64,000 nucleotides of DNA from the human T2T-CHM13v2.0 reference genome, Homo sapiens: the NCBI RefSeq assembly GCF_009914755.1, contig NC_060927.1; one strand, given 5' to 3'. The notes beneath the pieces were generated by a model. The model saw nothing but the letters and a program-made list of their open reading frames with translations, was not told the DNA's origin and did not search any database. A program made the translations under genes and the position numbers. Positions 45,220-59,367 of this stretch are shown here, in pieces. Positions within the stretch are counted from its first letter, which is position 1; every line of letters starts with the position of its first letter.

Positions 45220-45519
45220 CAGGGGTCCCCAGTCCCTGGGCTGCGCAGCAGGAGAGCAGCAGGTGAGTGAGTATCACTGCCTGAGCTCCACCTCCTGTCA
45301 GATCAGCAGCAGTGTTAGATTCTCATAGGAGCATGAACCCTAGTGTCAACTGTGCATTCAAGGGACCTAGGTTGAGTGCTCCTTATGAGAATCTAATGCC
45401 TGATGATCTGAAGTGAAACAATTTCATCCCAAAACCACCCCCTCCCCTTATCCCCAGTCCATGGAAAAAATGTCTTTCACGAAACCAGTCCCTGGTGCCA
45501 AAGAGGTTGTGGACCGCTG
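45220..45519 (+). mobile_element. MER1B hAT-Charlie element
   Basis: caggggtcccca...gattctcataggagc...ggtccctggtgccaaagaggttgtggaccgctg; 8-bp TSD ccctaaaa/ccttaaaa. Confidence 0.88.
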
Positions 45520-45538
45520 CCTTAAAAGATACTTTACC

Positions 45539-45790
45539 AGGCTGAGGTGGGAGGGTCACTTGAGGCCAAGACCAGCTTGAGAAAGATAGCAAGATCCCAT
45601 CTGTACAAAAAATTAAAAAAATTAGCTGGGCATGGTGGCTCACACCTGTAGTCCCAGCTACTTGGGAGGCTGGGGCAGGAGGATCACTTGAGCCCAGGAG
45701 TTCAAGGCTACAGTGAGCTATGATTGCTCCACTGCACTCCAGCCTGGATGACAGAGTGAGACTGTCTCAAAAAAATAAACAACAAAAAAC
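45539..45790 (+). mobile_element. AluJ, 5'-truncated
   Basis: Alu consensus. Confidence 0.9.
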
Positions 45791-47372
45791 ACCTCATCAA
45801 AGAGGACCTACAGATGCAAATAAGCATATTAAAAGATGCTCTACGTCATGTATAATCAATACACCACTACACACCTATTAGAAGGGTCAAAATCCAGAGC
45901 ACTGACAATACCAAACGCAGCAGAGGATGTGGAATAAGAAACTCTCATTCATTACTCTTGGGAAAGCAAAACGGTACAGACACTTTAGAAGACTGTTTGG
46001 CAGATTCTTACAAAACTAAACATACCCTTAGCATATAATCTAGCAATCATGCTCTTTGGTATTTATCCAAAGGATTTGAAAACTTGCATCTGCACAAAAA
46101 CCTGCACACAAATGTCCATAGCAGCTTTATTCACAATTGGCAAAACCTGGTAGCAACCAAGATGTACTTTACTAGGAGAATGGGTAAATTGTGGTACATC
46201 CAGACAACGGGGTATTATTCAGTGCTAAAATGAAATGGGCTATCAAGCCATGAAAAGACATGGAGAAAACTTAAACACATATTACTAAGTCAAAGAAGTC
46301 GGTCTGAAAAGGCTGCATACTGTATGACATTCTGGAAAAGGCAAAACCATGGAGACAGTGGAAAGATCAATGGCTTCCAGGGCTCTGGGGGATAAACAGG
46401 TAGAGTACAGAAGATTTTTAAGACAAGCCCCAGAGTGGGAGTGAAAACACTCTGTATGACAGTATAATATTAGATATATGTCATTATAAATTTGTCCAAA
46501 CCCAACGATTGTACAATGCTAAGAGTGAACTATGGGCTTTGGACAAAAATGATGTGTCAATGTACATTAATCAATTGTAACAAATGTACTACTCTGGTTG
46601 GGGATGTTGATAATGGGAGACTATGCATGCGTGGAGGAAGGGGGCCTATGGGACATGTCTGTACCTTCCTCTCAATTTTGCTGTGAACCTAAAACTGCTC
46701 TAAAAAAATAGCATATTTTTAAAAATTAATGGAAAGATGTTTACAGTGAATGAAGAGAAAAAAAATCCTCTCCCAAGAAAAGGAAACTGAACTATAAAAA
46801 TGACATATCACGGTCATACAAATTTTCCGAAGCTTTCTTGCTCCCTTTTAACACATTGTTCAACTCCTGCCACAGAAGCATAAATCAAATTATTCTTTGG
46901 CTAAAAGATGACTCAAGTTTTCACTTTTTGGTTCAACAGGATTTACTCAACTTGGTAACTACTTGGTGTTCCCAACTTTGCAGGACTAACCTTGCTTTTG
47001 AAGCTAAGAATAGGTGTAAGGTTGACTTCAGACTATCACAAACCATCGCACCAAAGAACTGCTGAAATATGGCACCCATTTTCATCAAGCAAATCAAACT
47101 CATGTTGGATTTAAAGGTATCTTATGCTTTACAATTAAGAAATATTTATAAAATAATCTCCATCAGGGCAATGTAGACAGCTCCAGCTTTTCCTTACCTC
47201 GAATCTTAAGGATCAAGTCATCAGACAGTGATAGAAAAACATCCATTTCTATTTTCTCTGCTTAACTTGCTCATTCCTCAGTTTCAGCTATTGATTAATT
47301 ACTATCTATTTTTATTAGAAGTCATCCCGAAGCCCTATAATTTCTGAGAAAAATCTCCTTACTAATACAAGG

Positions 47373-47386
47373 GTGCCATCTAGTGG
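47373..47386 (-). promoter_or_regulatory. Candidate CTCF site CCACTAGATGGCAC
   Basis: Full match to the CTCF core CCACYAGRKGGCR in non-repeat sequence; motif only. Confidence 0.6.
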
Positions 47387-49875
47387 TGACCATAGTAAAC
47401 GTCTGTTACAGAAAACGTGTTGTGTGTGTCCTCTCTCAATTCTGTATTCTGATGGGACTTTCAAAATTTATCTAGAGGGAAAAAGGTAGTAGAACTACTG
47501 TACTTGAAATGAATTTCCAAACACTCATACTTTGGCACGTTTAAACATCTAGCGTACCCTCCTTTTACATCACTACTCAGATCATTGACATTCATTTCTG
47601 AAGCAACATCACATTTACAGGTTCACAGAATTTCAGAACGAGTGGCTGTAAGGAATGATAGAGATCATCACGTATTCAGTCCAATGCCCTCGTTTTTCAC
47701 ATGTGGAAACTAGGCCCAGAGGGAAGGTGTCTGACTTGTCAAACGACTAGTAATGTTTCCAACAGGGTGTGCCCTGGGTTGATTTCTGACGGACTGGACA
47801 GCCAGCTAATACTATCTCATAGAGAAGGCACCTTAAGGTCTCAATAATAGGTTTCCATTCCAAAGAAAGACTTAGTTGTTCCTGCAGGGACAGCAGAGGA
47901 TAAAATTCCCTGATCTGGGCTCTCTTCATAGCTTTCCCTTCTGAACTCCAACTAGGCACAGAAATCCTCGGGGACTGTTTTTGCCTCATACTTGGGTGCT
48001 GCTCACTGAGTGCTTGCAAAGTGCGAGGTACCAGGTGGTGTATACCTGGGTAAGTCTTCCACCCTCCCTGCTCAGGCTCTTTAGGCTACAAATGAGCATG
48101 CTCTATTTCTCTCTTCCTTTCCTTCATCTCAGTTACATTCACACAGAGCAGGGAACAACTAACAGAGCTTGGTGTTCCAGGCCAAGGAAACCATATGTAC
48201 AAAATTATGGAGGTGTGAAAAAGCAAGGTTTATTCAGAGAACAGGGGCTGAAGCTTTGTGTATCAGGAGCACAAGATGCAGGTGCATTTTCTTCTCTCCT
48301 TGTCTGGAGGGGAGCAGGGAACATTTGATCAGGAGACAACAGAATGAACCAGAGCTAAGGCAGAGGGAGGCTACTAAGCTGGTCTGGTCTGAAGCGCTTA
48401 ACTGATTTGGGAAAGATTAAAGTTTGAATATGACCACTTATGGTCTTGACCGTTAGAGCTCCATTGTCAGGATGCTGGAAAACTACTGTATTTGAATAAA
48501 TGACAAAGGCAGAATTAATTGCAAAGGAGGGGAAGGTTGGATTTGGCAACCTCCTACCCAGGCCTCCAATCTCCCCAGGCGGCTCTCCAGGGGTCAGCCT
48601 TAGAAACCTCTAAGCAGGGGAGACAGGCTAGCTGCCTGGCTAGGTTACATCCCTTTCTCCCCCATCCCCCTGCCATCACCACCACTAAACATGCTCCCAG
48701 GCAGAAAGCAATATTTAAATCTGAATAAGAAATGTTTGTTATCCATATTTGTGACAGGGGTCCCGGTAAGAACAAGGCTTAAAGAGAGCCAGTAGAAGCT
48801 GCGCCAGCCCCCAGAAACTAAAAGGGAGTTAGAGCTTTGGATTAGAAACTTGTTCTTTGGGGATGGTGGTTTTTATACTGTACTGTCTGTATTTTGGGTA
48901 ATTATTCCTTTTTGTCTCTTTCTTACAATTTGGTAAGGTTCATTTTTAAAATGTCAGCTAAGTGGAAACAATGCAGTAATGTTTCTGTGCCCAGCCACAC
49001 TGCTGAAGGCTGGGCACAGGTGTGAAAGCAGAATTCCAGGAGAGAGAAATTTGGAGGAATTCCCCCCTTCCCTCTAAGATGCTCTCCTTCCAGAGTTCTC
49101 TTCTGCTAAAATTTGGTGGGTTCTGTGTCTGGTTTTAAAAATAAGTGATGGCAGTTCCTTTACAATACTGCATTGTGAATGACTGATAAAAACTTGGCCC
49201 TCTCAAAGTAGCGGGGGGGCAGAGGAGGGAGTGTTACAGTTCAAGGGAGGATTCAGTTAGCTCTAATTAGTGGGCTGGAAAGATTTTTTTGGTAGGAAGA
49301 GGGGTGGGTCTCCCTAGCGGCTGCTCTGCTTCCTACCTGGCAACCTTTGTTACCTAATAAAATCAGTCTGGAGCCATACGCTACCGATGAATATTAAGGT
49401 GATTATGATTTTTTTGGAATTCACTTAAAATTTTTTAATAAAGTGTCTTCTGTTTGAGGGAGGAGTGCAAGCTGGCACACACAGCAAATATCTGAAACCA
49501 CAAATCCAGGATATCCTAAGTGAAAGGTCTTTTGTCCCTGCCTGTTGATGAAATTAAAGTGCAAATACTAAGCTTTAGATATAACTCTCTGGGCTGTGAC
49601 TGAGCTACAATTTTCTATCAAAAGAAAACTTCTAGAGTTGGTAGTACAATTTCTGACATGAAAGTTCACTAAATGCACAGTGTCACATCTTACCAAGAGT
49701 ATCTTCAGTTCCACTACCTGCACCTCTAATCCCCATCCATAAAGAGGGGAACCATATTGCAGAGTCAGCTGAGAACCATAGCCCCCATGCCTCTTCCACA
49801 ATCTAATCTTGAAGACGACACAGAAAAGATATAACACTTCTTAATACTTCATTCAACACAAATCACACCACATGA

Positions 49876-50250
<375 letters not shown>

Positions 50251-50679
50251 TAAAATTCTCATTTCTAAAAGGAAAAACACTGAATAAATATAAAAGCTTT
50301 GCAAATCTTAGATTGAGGGCTGCAGCCACAGCATTTGAGAAATCCCATCCTTCTATTATCAATACAAAACAAACCACCTACTTTGAAAAAGTTGAGGTGT
50401 GGGAACTCATTTACAGCTACACAGAAATGAGCCCCTCCATGGATTTTAGTTGATTGTTTCTGGAGGCCGTATTTGCCAAGTTGCATTGTCACAACCGTGA
50501 GCAAGACGCAACCCCAACTCATACTAAGAATGAAGGGCCCTGAAGTGCTCACTTGCAAAGAAATTATAATTTAAGAAAATTAAGAATATGAAAGAGTTAC
50601 ATTTATATATATCTAAATATTGAACATTAGAGGAACAATAATCTTTTAATATTATTCTATGAGATTATGTTGCTTAAGT

Positions 50680-50910
50680 AATAATAAGAGCTACCATTTT
50701 ATTGGGCAATTTTCAATACAGCCATGTTTCAGATATTGTGCTGAGTGTTCTTCATGCATTTTTCCATTTAATTTTCACAGCAATCTGTGAGGTAGGTATT
50801 CTTATCCCCCTTTTACTGATGAAGAATTAAATGAGCACAAAAATTGAGTTACTTCCTGGAATCACACAGCTAGTGAGTAACCCTAGTCTGACTCAGGTCT
50901 ATACTTTTCA
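50680..50910. mobile_element. MIR
   Basis: gctaccattttattg...tcacagcaatctgtgaggtaggtattcttatcccc...tcacacagctagtgagt. Confidence 0.75.
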
Positions 50911-51169
50911 TCAACAATATGTAAACTAAAGGTATCTCAAGGCTTTAAAATAAGTTTCTGAAGACTAAGTTGTTGTAATGAAAACTTTCAGAATGCTACC
51001 GAAAAATAAACCATCATTCCACAAATAAACTTAAGTGATCTAAGTAAAAATGAAGCATTGCCTTTAGGTTAATGCTAGAAACAGCTTACTCCTTATTGTT
51101 ATCTCTAATTCCTTTAAGGAACTGAAATAACTTTGAAATAAGTTTTGGAAATTCCCACCAGAATTTGGT

Positions 51170-51768
51170 AAGATGATGATCAAATATTCACCAAACTCCT
51201 GCTAGGTACTATGTACTTACTGTACTTACCAGGATACAGAGATCAATAAGAAATAGCTCTTGCTCTAAAAATATTCAGTGGTACTGGTGGGGACATGGGT
51301 GCGGTGTCAGACCACACACATAATACATTGTGAAGGTATAATACCGAGTTAGGTGCAAGGTATTATAGAAGAGTGAGGAAGAGTCTCTACTCTAGCTGTG
51401 GGTGGTAGGGAAGTTTACTGGAAGAGACACACAGAGCTGGCCAGCTGAAGGGGCTGGGCTGCTCATTCCAGGCAGAGAGCAGAGCCTGGGCACAGCGCAG
51501 ATGAGCATGGAGTGGGAGGCAGGGAGTAGGCACTGGAAAGACTGGAGAAGTGGGCAGGGCACAGATCATGAAGAAATTTAAACCAGCAAAAGGTTTTAAG
51601 TAGGCAAATGACATGCTCAGAATGGTCCTATAACTAAACCCACAGGAGCAGTGTGGAGCATGGACTTGGAGCCACACAGCCATAGGTTCAAGTCCTGGGC
51701 TAGGGCTTAGTGCTGTGTGAACTTTGGCAAGACATGATACATTTCTTCTTTTTTGAATTGACAAAAAA

Positions 51769-51820
<52 letters not shown>

Positions 51821-53000
51821 ATGGTGTACAACGTGATGTTATGAAATATGAATATACTGTGGAATGACTAAATCAAGCTAATTAACATATGCATCACCTC
51901 ACACATTTATTTGTGGTAAGAACAAAGACAGGAAACCTTCTAACCCTCAGTCTCAGCTGGAAGATGGGAAGCAAATGAGATAATGAATGTAAAGCACTGG
52001 AATACAGTAAGTATTTAAGAAATGGTGGCTCATTATTATTATTATTGCTATAAGCCTAGAAATTCAGGAAGATACATGGGAATCCAGATGAGACGTACTG
52101 AGGTCCCAAGTAGGGATGAAGAAACAAGACAACCTGAAAGACACCCAGCAAACTGAATTGACAAAACCTGATGACTGCCTGGCTACAGGCATGCCGGTGA
52201 GAGAGGAGCATACACTATCGACAAGGTCTCGTCTGGGATGAATGACTGAATGGCTGGTGGCCGGCGGCAGCCCTGACAGACAGAATAGTGAGGTAGAACG
52301 AGTCTGGGAGTGTGGGTCATGCTGAGGAGGTGCCTGTGTGCACCCAGGAGCAGACATCCAGGAAATCAGTGGACAGGGCTGGAGTCTGGGATGCAGGTGT
52401 GGCTTGGAATTGGAAAGGTATGCATATCTCATGCCATGAGAAGAGATCACCCACAGAGGTTATGTTCAGTCAGAAGGGCAATGAGCTAAGACAGAACTCC
52501 AGAAACACTCATGATTAAGGGACAAGGAAAGAAAGAAAAGCACCCAAAGAAAGAAAAGGACCACAGAGGATAAGGTATTTCAGGAGGGCTCAGTCCAACG
52601 AAGGCTGAAGGAGCAGGATCTCCAGGAGGGAGTCATCAGCGGTGCCCCATGTAGCTAAGTCCAGGAACTTCCAACAGTGTCCTTAGAATCCAGTAGACAT
52701 TGTTGCTGACTTTAGACCAGAGGGTGATTTTTTGTAGAACAAGGGGAACAGACACCCAACTGCAGGGTTCAGGTATCGATGGGCATGAGGAAGTAGAAAG
52801 AGCCTACCATAAATCTGGGAAAAGGGACGGAGAACAGTTATATAGTAGTATAAGGGAAATACAGGGTCAATGGCCAGGTTAAAAGATTTTTAAGACAGAG
52901 TGCTCTGAGCATTTTGTGCACTGAGAAGGAAAAGGCAGATAGCACAGGGTGATGAGGCAGGAGCAAGAGATGTACAGACAGAACAAGGTCCTTGAGGATA
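51170..53000 (-). mobile_element. Fragmented L2 with inserted MIR, (CA)n at 51777-51818 and a short L1MA 3' fragment
   Basis: cattccaggcagag...gggcacagatcatgaag; gcagacatccaggaaatcagtggacagggctggagtctggga. Confidence 0.55.
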
Positions 53001-53435
53001 TAAGAAGGATCCTGCCGCTGGGCTCTGGGGATGCAGAGCTTAATGAAACAGAATCTGCCCTCGAGGAGCTCAGAGTCTGAGGGGGAAGCAAACCTGCCAA
53101 CCCTCTGAGCAGCATGTGATGTGCACACCAGTCCTCAGGATGGACTATACCAGAGGAACTCAGGGGATGCCCATCTGACTGTGGGTTTCCTGGACCTAGG
53201 TCTGAGCCCATTCACCTCTCTACTCCCACTGCCCAACAGCACCTGGTATGCACACGTGCTAGGCGTTCGATAATTTTCTTGGTGTGAATGAAAAAATATA
53301 CTTGTCAGAAACTTTATTTCCAGGTGTAGAGAAATTTTATAAAGACATATAAGGGTATATTTTAAGACAGATAAAGGGATTTGGGGTATTAAAATAAAAC
53401 TAACATTAACTAAAAATCATAGTACACATGCTTGG

Positions 53436-53791
53436 TGCTGTACCCTGAATGTCTACGTCCCTCCAAAATTCCTATGTTGAAACCTAATGCCCACTGCAAA
53501 AGTAATAAGTGGTGGGGTATTCAGGAGGCGATTAGGTCACAAGGGATCTCATGAATGGGGTTAGTGCCCTTATAAAAGGCCCAAGGGAGCTCACTTGCCC
53601 CTTCCACCATACAAGGACACAGTAAGAAGCTACTGTCTATGAGCAACAGGCCCTCACCAGACAGGGAATCTGTCAGCACCACCTTGATCTTGGAATTCCC
53701 AGCCCCCAGAACTGTGAAAAATAAATTTTTGTTATTTATAAGCTACCCAATTTATGGTATTTTGTTACAGCAGCCAGAACCGGCTAAGATA
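53436..53791 (+). mobile_element. MLT1A-type MaLR solo LTR
   Basis: tgctgtaccctgaatgt...ccagaactgtgaaaaataaatttttgtt...gctaagata; 5-bp TSD cttgg at 53431-53435 and 53792-53796. Confidence 0.88.
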
Positions 53792-54221
53792 CTTGGAAAA
53801 GACGCATCTGAGAGCTTTATACAGAGACAGCTGAAGGTTAAGAGAGTTGAGGAAGAATGAGGCAGGGTTCAGTCATGTGGAGAAGGCCTGAGAGGTTCCA
53901 GAACTCTCTCTGGCCAAATATATCCCCCAATCTGCTAGGATGTGCTTAAGATTTATTTAACCGTTTATGAAAGGATAAAATTTTTCATTTCAAAATTAAA
54001 AAGGACTAAAAAGGAAATGCGTGTAAGACTGCACAAAAGTTTAATACCCATTCATCATAAAATGAAATCAGGCAGGTGTCAGACTGACCTGTCTCCAAAT
54101 GAGCTTCCCCATTTACCAGCTGTATGAGCTGGGCCAGATCACTAGTTTTCTCTGGGAAAGCAGACCACGGGACAGATGAGCCCCCAAGCCACTTTCAAAT
54201 CTACCATTCAAAGGTCCTAAG

Positions 54222-54994
<773 letters not shown>

Positions 54995-55898
54995 GAAGGT
55001 AATGGAGCCAGATATCACAGTGACCTCTGCTAGACCCACAGTGGACAGTCTGGTGTTCTCTACCTGTGCGCCCATCTGAACTGTAAGTTTCCCTGAATAT
55101 AGCAACTACCCACTTTAGTTATGGATTAAATTGATGGGGCCATAACGGTATAGATTTGCAGTTCTCAAATTTTTTGACTTTCAGTGCTTCTAAGTATCAA
55201 CTTCAAATCCTCCCTTTGGGAGACATACCTGGAGTGCACAGCAATCACTACGGTCTTGCTCTATAGGGTCTATCAACTTTCCAAGACTGGATTTTATTCA
55301 ATTAGAAGGTTCTAGCCACCCCAAACTAGACGTTATGCCTCTATTCCACAGCAATATTTGATGACTCGCCCCTCCCCACAAAAAGGAAAATAAAACATAT
55401 TGTATCTGCTTTTAGTAGAAATCCCCTACATTTGTATAACCCTTTATACGTAGTACTTCTTTAATCCCTCTCACAAACATGTAATATTCACCTGGGAGGT
55501 AGGCAATACTCCCATTTGAAAGATAAGGAGAGAGAATGATACCATTTAAGTGATCACAGAGAGGGCTTTTCAACACAGCCCAGCACCAGAACTCCAGCCA
55601 CATTTTTACAAAAATGCTAATGTTTCTATTACCCTTACACTGAGAAGGTGGGAGACACCTCTTTTAAATTAACAGAACAAAATAGCTGTGAACTTTAATA
55701 AAGTGTTCAGTCATGACATCTAAATAGTACCTATGATTTCAGAAACTGAAAGCCACTCTAATTTCAGCAATTTCATACATGATGACTAAATCATTTCATT
55801 TTTTCAATATTTAACAGAAATCAATAAAGCCTATCATCTATGACTTTTTAAATAAGCAGAATTCACTGTACATAGTAGGGGGGAATATCCATACTTAC

Positions 55899-55917
55899 CT
55901 ATAGCACAATGTAAAAT
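55899..55917 (-). CDS. HACD2: HACD2 19-nt coding microexon (probably exon 3)
   Basis: Minus strand reads ttctcctcttttttccccttttttcctctag|ATTTTACATTGTGCTATAG|gtaagt = ILHCAI(G), the peptide immediately preceding IVPSSVV in HACD2. It is too short to appear in the ORF track. Confidence 0.95.
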
Positions 55918-55954
55918 CTAGAGGAAAAAAGGGGAAAAAAGAGGAGAATTAGTA
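55918..55954 (-). promoter_or_regulatory. 3' splice signal of the microexon: branch point TACTAAT, 29-nt pure pyrimidine tract and AG
   Basis: Plus-strand attagta at 55948-55954 (branch A about 55949, -32); 55920-55948 is all purine on the plus strand. Confidence 0.8.
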
Positions 55955-57507
55955 AGAATCAAGATATTAAAGTTTTATTTCATATAAACTAATGTTTCAG
56001 TAAGAATAGAGCAGCGTCTGCCAGCAGTATTAAATATGAAAAATGAACATTCCATTTTTAAACTTGGCTACAAGCTGTTTAACAAAATGTAAATTCTTGT
56101 TCAGTTTTGTTTGTTTGTTCATTTTTAGTTTGTGTATCTTTGAAGGATTTTCTGAGGAGGATTTACTCTTCCCACTCAGTAGCTTATCAGATATCAAGGG
56201 CTCTTTCATAATGCACAAACTTGTAAGAGCAATAAGTGTACAGCATCTCCATGTCCCATATGCTATAGAACAGAACCACCACGGACTCCGGAACACGGGG
56301 TGAGAAGGGCCTTTGTTGGCTCTTCTTGCCTGGCAGGCCCTTCAATGCAGACATTCATTCTACTAAGTTCCACCCTCAGTCCCCATCTTGCCTCATTCAA
56401 TGATCTCACTGCAGAGGTGCTCTCTGGTCCAATCCAACCCTGTCTCCTGGGGATCTGGGCCTACATCCCAAGCTGCCTCTGGACAGCTCCATCTGGGAGC
56501 CACAGCAGCGGCTCAAACACAGCCTCAGTGGGAAGCACACGCTTTCCTTCCATTCCGCCCGTTATCCCTCTTGATAACCAGCCTCCCAGTCTTTGGGGTT
56601 CAACAGTCCTTCCTTCCCCTCATCCTCAAGTACAACCATTTCTAAGTCCTGCTGGCGATTCTGGGGTCTGTCTTCCCCATTTTTATTTCCAGTGCGTTGA
56701 GTGAGACTGCCATCTCCACTCCATCTCAATGGCCATCCAACTGGCAAATTAAGTCCTTCTAAATCCCCTTCCAACTCATCCTTAATATAGCAGTGATTTA
56801 ACTCTGGGGGTGGTGGTGGCAAAAAAGTAATTTGAAGCCATTTATAAGATTGATTTAATGACCAAAGCTTTTCTAGGTGATATAACCTAACAGCTACTGT
56901 AGGGCATTTCAGAATTTTTACATTTCTCTAGCAGTCTTTATATTGTTTGATCCTAACAATTACCTGGCAGATAGGCAGGACAGAAAATCTCTACTTGCAG
57001 ACAAGAAAACCAAGGCTCAGAGAAGCCACACAACTTGCCCAGGGCAGTAAATGATGGTCAGGACCAAGAACTTAGGTTTTATTTCTATTCTATCACATTA
57101 TTTCATTGTGCATTAGTTATGAGAGATCTACAGAGTCAGACTTGACAAGACTTAGCTTATCTAAAACATGCCTGAGCCTGATAAGGCTCTGTGCCTTATC
57201 AAAAACTACTATTTCACTCAATTTGTGGGGGAGGGATGTGGGGAGATTGGATTAAAAAAACAAATCAAGCTGCACAATGTTGCTGGTAACTGACAGGAGA
57301 ACAAAATAATTACCACATTGCAAATCTTACAGTCTTTTTCAATAGAAAACACTGTTAAGTAGATACTAAAGTGTAAATATGATAAGCTACACCTCCTGCT
57401 GCAAAGTTCAGGAGAACTAAAAGACAGATCTAGATCAAAATGGGGAATGAAAAACATTATTTGAAACAAGAAGACAGATGACAGTACCTAGACAGAAAAC
57501 CTGTTCA

Positions 57508-57798
57508 TTTGTTTTGGACACAGGATCATATTCTGTCACCCAGGCAGAGTGCAGTGGTGCAATTACAGCTCCCTGCAACCTCAACCTCCTTGGACTCAAG
57601 CGATCCTCCCACCTCAGCCTCCTGAGTAGCTGGGACTACAGGCAATTGCCACTACGCCTGGCTAATTTTTGTATTTTTTGTATGGACAGGCTTTTGCCAT
57701 GTTGCCCAGGCTAGTCTTGAACTCCTGGGCTCAAGTGATCCGCCAGCCTTGGCCTCCTAAAGTGCTGGGATTACAGGCATGAGCCACTGCACCCGGCC
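57508..57798 (-). mobile_element. AluJ
   Basis: Reverse Alu. Confidence 0.93.
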
Positions 57799-57814
57799 CA
57801 GAAAACCTATTCTA

Positions 57815-58167
<353 letters not shown>

Positions 58168-59053
58168 CATCCAGGCTGCTGATTAGCAACAGGACACTGC
58201 AGGAGAGGACACACAGCAATGAATGGCTAGCATGTCTTCTTTGCATGACAGAGCAGTAGGTCTCAGTCCTCAGATGCACTCTCCCCTTTTTAATCACACA
58301 TATTTTATAATGCCTCCTCTACCATTCTGAAAAGAAATTCATAGATAAAATGACCTACCTACACAAAATTTTCAAAAGCAAATAAATACAATGTCCCAAT
58401 TGATACACAAAGAAGAAATAAAGTAATTTATTTTTCAAAATACGTATTTCAACTTGTAAATGGGGACATAATGATGTAGTCAGATGTACATAGTAAATTA
58501 TGAAAATAAGTTTGGATTTAAAAATTAGAGTAACAGAAACCACTGTGGACAAGCACAGGAAAATAAAAGGGCAGATGTAGAGGTACAGCCTAATACTTGG
58601 AAAAAAGAGTATTAATAATAGAAATAAAGAAGTAACCTTATACAAAGTTGGAATAACATGCTAAAGTAAGTAACAGTCAAAGTAGAGAAATTGAAGGAGT
58701 ACATTACTATTTCAAATCAGCTAGGTCTTATTTATTTATAAAGTGTCAAAATAATCTAAATAATCTCCTAGGTTATGTCATGGGATGGGGTCGGAGGAAA
58801 GTATCACAGAAAATCTATCCTTCTGCTTTGAAATCCTATTGAGACATACAATCAGTGTACGGTCTGTAAAAAGACCTTGAAAACGTATTCTTTAAATGGT
58901 GCAACAAGGAATAGGAGAGGAATTAGATGTAAAAAAACTGTAATGCAAGAGGCAATAAAGCCATTGTTTAACAGGGGATACTTTTAGGACAAAACAGAAG
59001 ACGAGCTATCCCAAAATAAAATTTACATTTCACAACCTAGATTTCATACCATT

Positions 59054-59085
<32 letters not shown>

Positions 59086-59094
59086 ACACACACA
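59054..59094. repeat. (CA)n microsatellite with one interruption
   Basis: Direct reading. Confidence 0.95.
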
Positions 59095-59367
59095 GGCAAT
59101 AATATGAAATATTAGTCTATATGAAAGAAATACAATGAAATCCCTACATATCATGTGTCTCCAATAATTTAATAATTGAAGTCTAAACAGGAATCTCAAA
59201 ACTGATTTTCAATGATTTTCACTACTGCGCTGAAATCCTTTTCAACTAAATATGCAAACTAGAAATGCTGTAATGCTTACAGAACAGAATGTGCAGAGAG
59301 AATAAATTACTTAATTATTTTGAGACAATACCTTCATTTCACTTAAGCTTCTCGTTTCATACCAATG

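Larger units (their letters stand above)
43345..46710 (+). mobile_element. L1MB-like ORF2 (RT) to 3' UTR, degenerate, with nested Alus and MER1B
   Basis: ctgtctttgttcaaagatgatatgattatctatatagaa (degenerate F-A-DD motif); ORF 43564 LNKWRNIICLWIERVNIVKVSIIP; 3' end gctgtgaacctaaaactgctctaaaa. Confidence 0.88.

Noticed and set aside
50545-50560. gtgctcactt resembling the U6 snRNA 5' end
   Set aside because: The match does not extend. No tRNA, snRNA or snoRNA was recognised anywhere in the window.
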